From Candidatus Sulfomarinibacteraceae bacterium (GTDB lineage Bacteria > Acidobacteriota > Thermoanaerobaculia > Thermoanaerobaculales > Sulfomarinibacteraceae): a stretch of 64,000 nt of DNA. Position numbers and translations under genes: made by a program. How positions within the stretch are numbered: the stretch's first letter is position 1; each line of letters begins with the position of its first letter. This document shows positions 62,790 to 64,000 of the stretch, one piece after another. The notes below the pieces were generated by a model. That model did not search any database. It saw only the letters and a list, made by a program, of their open reading frames with translations, and was not told the DNA's origin. The stretch lies in contig CAWCLO010000010.1 of NCBI GenBank assembly GCA_963796455.1, forward strand, positions 224,001 to 288,000. The letters run 5' to 3'.

Positions 62790-63323
62790 TCAATTGAGTT
62801 TCTGCACCTGGCGAAACTCCATCTCGACCGGAGTCTCACGACCAAAGATCGTGACCATCACTTTGAGGGTCGAGCGATCGTAATTAACCTCTTCAACGAC
62901 ACCGTTGAATGAAGCGAAGGGGCCGTCAGTGATGCGAATGCTCTCGCCCTTTTCGTACATCTCCGTGGGTCGCGGTTTTTCCTGGGTCGCCACCGACTGA
63001 TGGAGGATCTGATTGACCTCTTCTTCAGTCAGGGGTGTAGGTTTTTTCCCGGCGCCGACAAATCCCGTGACCTTGGGGGTGTTCCGAACAAGGTGCCACG
63101 CATCGTCGGTCATCTCCATTTCGACCAGCACGTAACCGGGGAAGAACTTGCGGCGCACCTCGCGCTTCTTACCGTTCTTCATCTCGACCACGGTCTCGGT
63201 CGGAACCTGAACTTCGCCGAAGAACTCTTCCATACCCAAGGCCTCGACGCGCTGTTCGAGGGTCTTTTGAACCCGATCCTCGAAACCTGAGTACGTGTGG
63301 ATGATGTACCACTGCTTGGCCAT
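62790..63323 (-). CDS. nusG: Transcription factor NusG
   Basis: WYIIHTYSGFE, FPGYVLV, IFGRETPVE. Confidence 0.98.
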   Translation of the reverse strand: MAKQWYIIHTYSGFEDRVQKTLEQRVEALGMEEFFGEVQVPTETVVEMKNGKKREVRRKFFPGYVLVEMEMTDDAWHLVRNTPKVTGFVGAGKKPTPLTEEEVNQILHQSVATQEKPRPTEMYEKGESIRITDGPFASFNGVVEEVNYDRSTLKVMVTIFGRETPVEMEFRQVQKLN

Positions 63324-63333
63324 GAATGAGCTC

Positions 63334-63543
63334 CTACGAAAAGACGTCGAAAACTTCGAACAATTGGTTTCTCAGCAATAAAAAGACGAGATCGCACAAA
63401 TACAGATACACGCCGAAGATAAAGGAGGCGATCACGACCACTGTGGTCGTGTTGATGACCTCCTGTTTCGACGGCCAAGTAACCTTTTTGGTCTCGACCA
63501 CGACTTCAGAAAGAAATGTCTTGAGACGTGTCCACCACTGCAT
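63334..63543 (-). CDS. secE: Preprotein translocase SecE
   Basis: ETKKVTWPSKQE plus one TM segment. Confidence 0.95.
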   Translation of the reverse strand: MQWWTRLKTFLSEVVVETKKVTWPSKQEVINTTTVVVIASFIFGVYLYLCDLVFLLLRNQLFEVFDVFS

Positions 63544-63568
63544 GCCGACGACTCCAGTCGAACGAATA

Positions 63569-63644
63569 TGGCAGGCCAGGAGGGACTCGAACCCCCAACA
63601 ACCGGTTTTGGAGACCGGGACTCTGCCAATTGAGCTACTGGCCT
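63569..63644 (-). tRNA. tRNA-Trp (CCA)
   Basis: AGGCCAGTAGCTCAATTGGCAGAG..CCGGT-CTCCAAA-ACCGG..GGTTCGAGTCC..TGGCCTGCCA; encoded CCA end. Confidence 0.97.
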
Positions 63645-63733
63645 GCGCGTGAAAATTTCACGCACCTCACCCGGATCGGCGCCAATGAGGCGCTTGACGG
63701 AACGAGGCGCTGCAAACCGCGCATATTCGTTTC

Positions 63734-64000
63734 TTATTCCAAGATGTCCGTAATGGAACCAGCGCCGACGGTACGGCCGCCTTCGCGAATCGCGAAACGG
63801 AGGCCTTTCTCCATCGCGATCGGCTGGATCAGCTCCACTTCCAGGTTTGTGTTGTCGCCGGGAATCACCATCTCGACACCTTCGTCGAGGTTGACCGATC
63901 CCGTGATGTCCGTCGTCCGGAAGAAGAACTGCGGGCGATAGCCCCGGAAGAACGGCGTGTGCCGGCCTCCCTCTTCCTTCGTCAACACATACACCTCGGC
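63734..64000 (-). CDS. tuf: Elongation factor Tu, second copy (3' part only)
   Basis: Nearly identical to 46660-46925; ends ITDILE versus ITEIVE. Confidence 0.97.
   Translation of the reverse strand, partial: AEVYVLTKEEGGRHTPFFRGYRPQFFFRTTDITGSVNLDEGVEMVIPGDNTNLEVELIQPIAMEKGLRFAIREGGRTVGAGSITDILE

Overview
GC-rich bacterial chromosome segment. It is most likely Acidobacteriota (Thermoanaerobaculia-like); this is an inference from the Cys-rich N-terminal RpoB insertion and gene style. The right half (31.1-64 kb, minus strand) is the almost uninterrupted core superoperon tuf-tRNA-Trp-secE-nusG-rplKAJL-rpoBC-str-S10-spc-alpha. The left half is accessory: an M16 peptidase pair, two tandem paralogous type IV minor-pilin/PilY1 cassettes, a GT-C glycosyltransferase-NHL fusion, a hybrid kinase, DUF883-like genes, a beta-CASP nuclease and two paralogous lipoproteins. 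Two things stand out. (1) In both pilus cassettes the PilY1 vWA/MIDAS domain is split across two separately secreted proteins: DxSxS is in one gene, the T and D ligands plus the propeller are in the next, and variable domains plus a Thr/Pro tail sit at the split. (2) A four-helix-bundle (IVS/Avd-like) gene is inserted antisense between rpoC and rpsL, inside a structured repeat-flanked element whose RBS and start codon are locked in a long stem. Two ORF-less derivatives of this element (24.3-24.6 kb and 28.0-28.4 kb) keep its flank motifs, the anti-RBS arm and the last codons, and carry a REP-doublet in place of the ORF. All family assignments come from motif recognition by eye; no database search was run.
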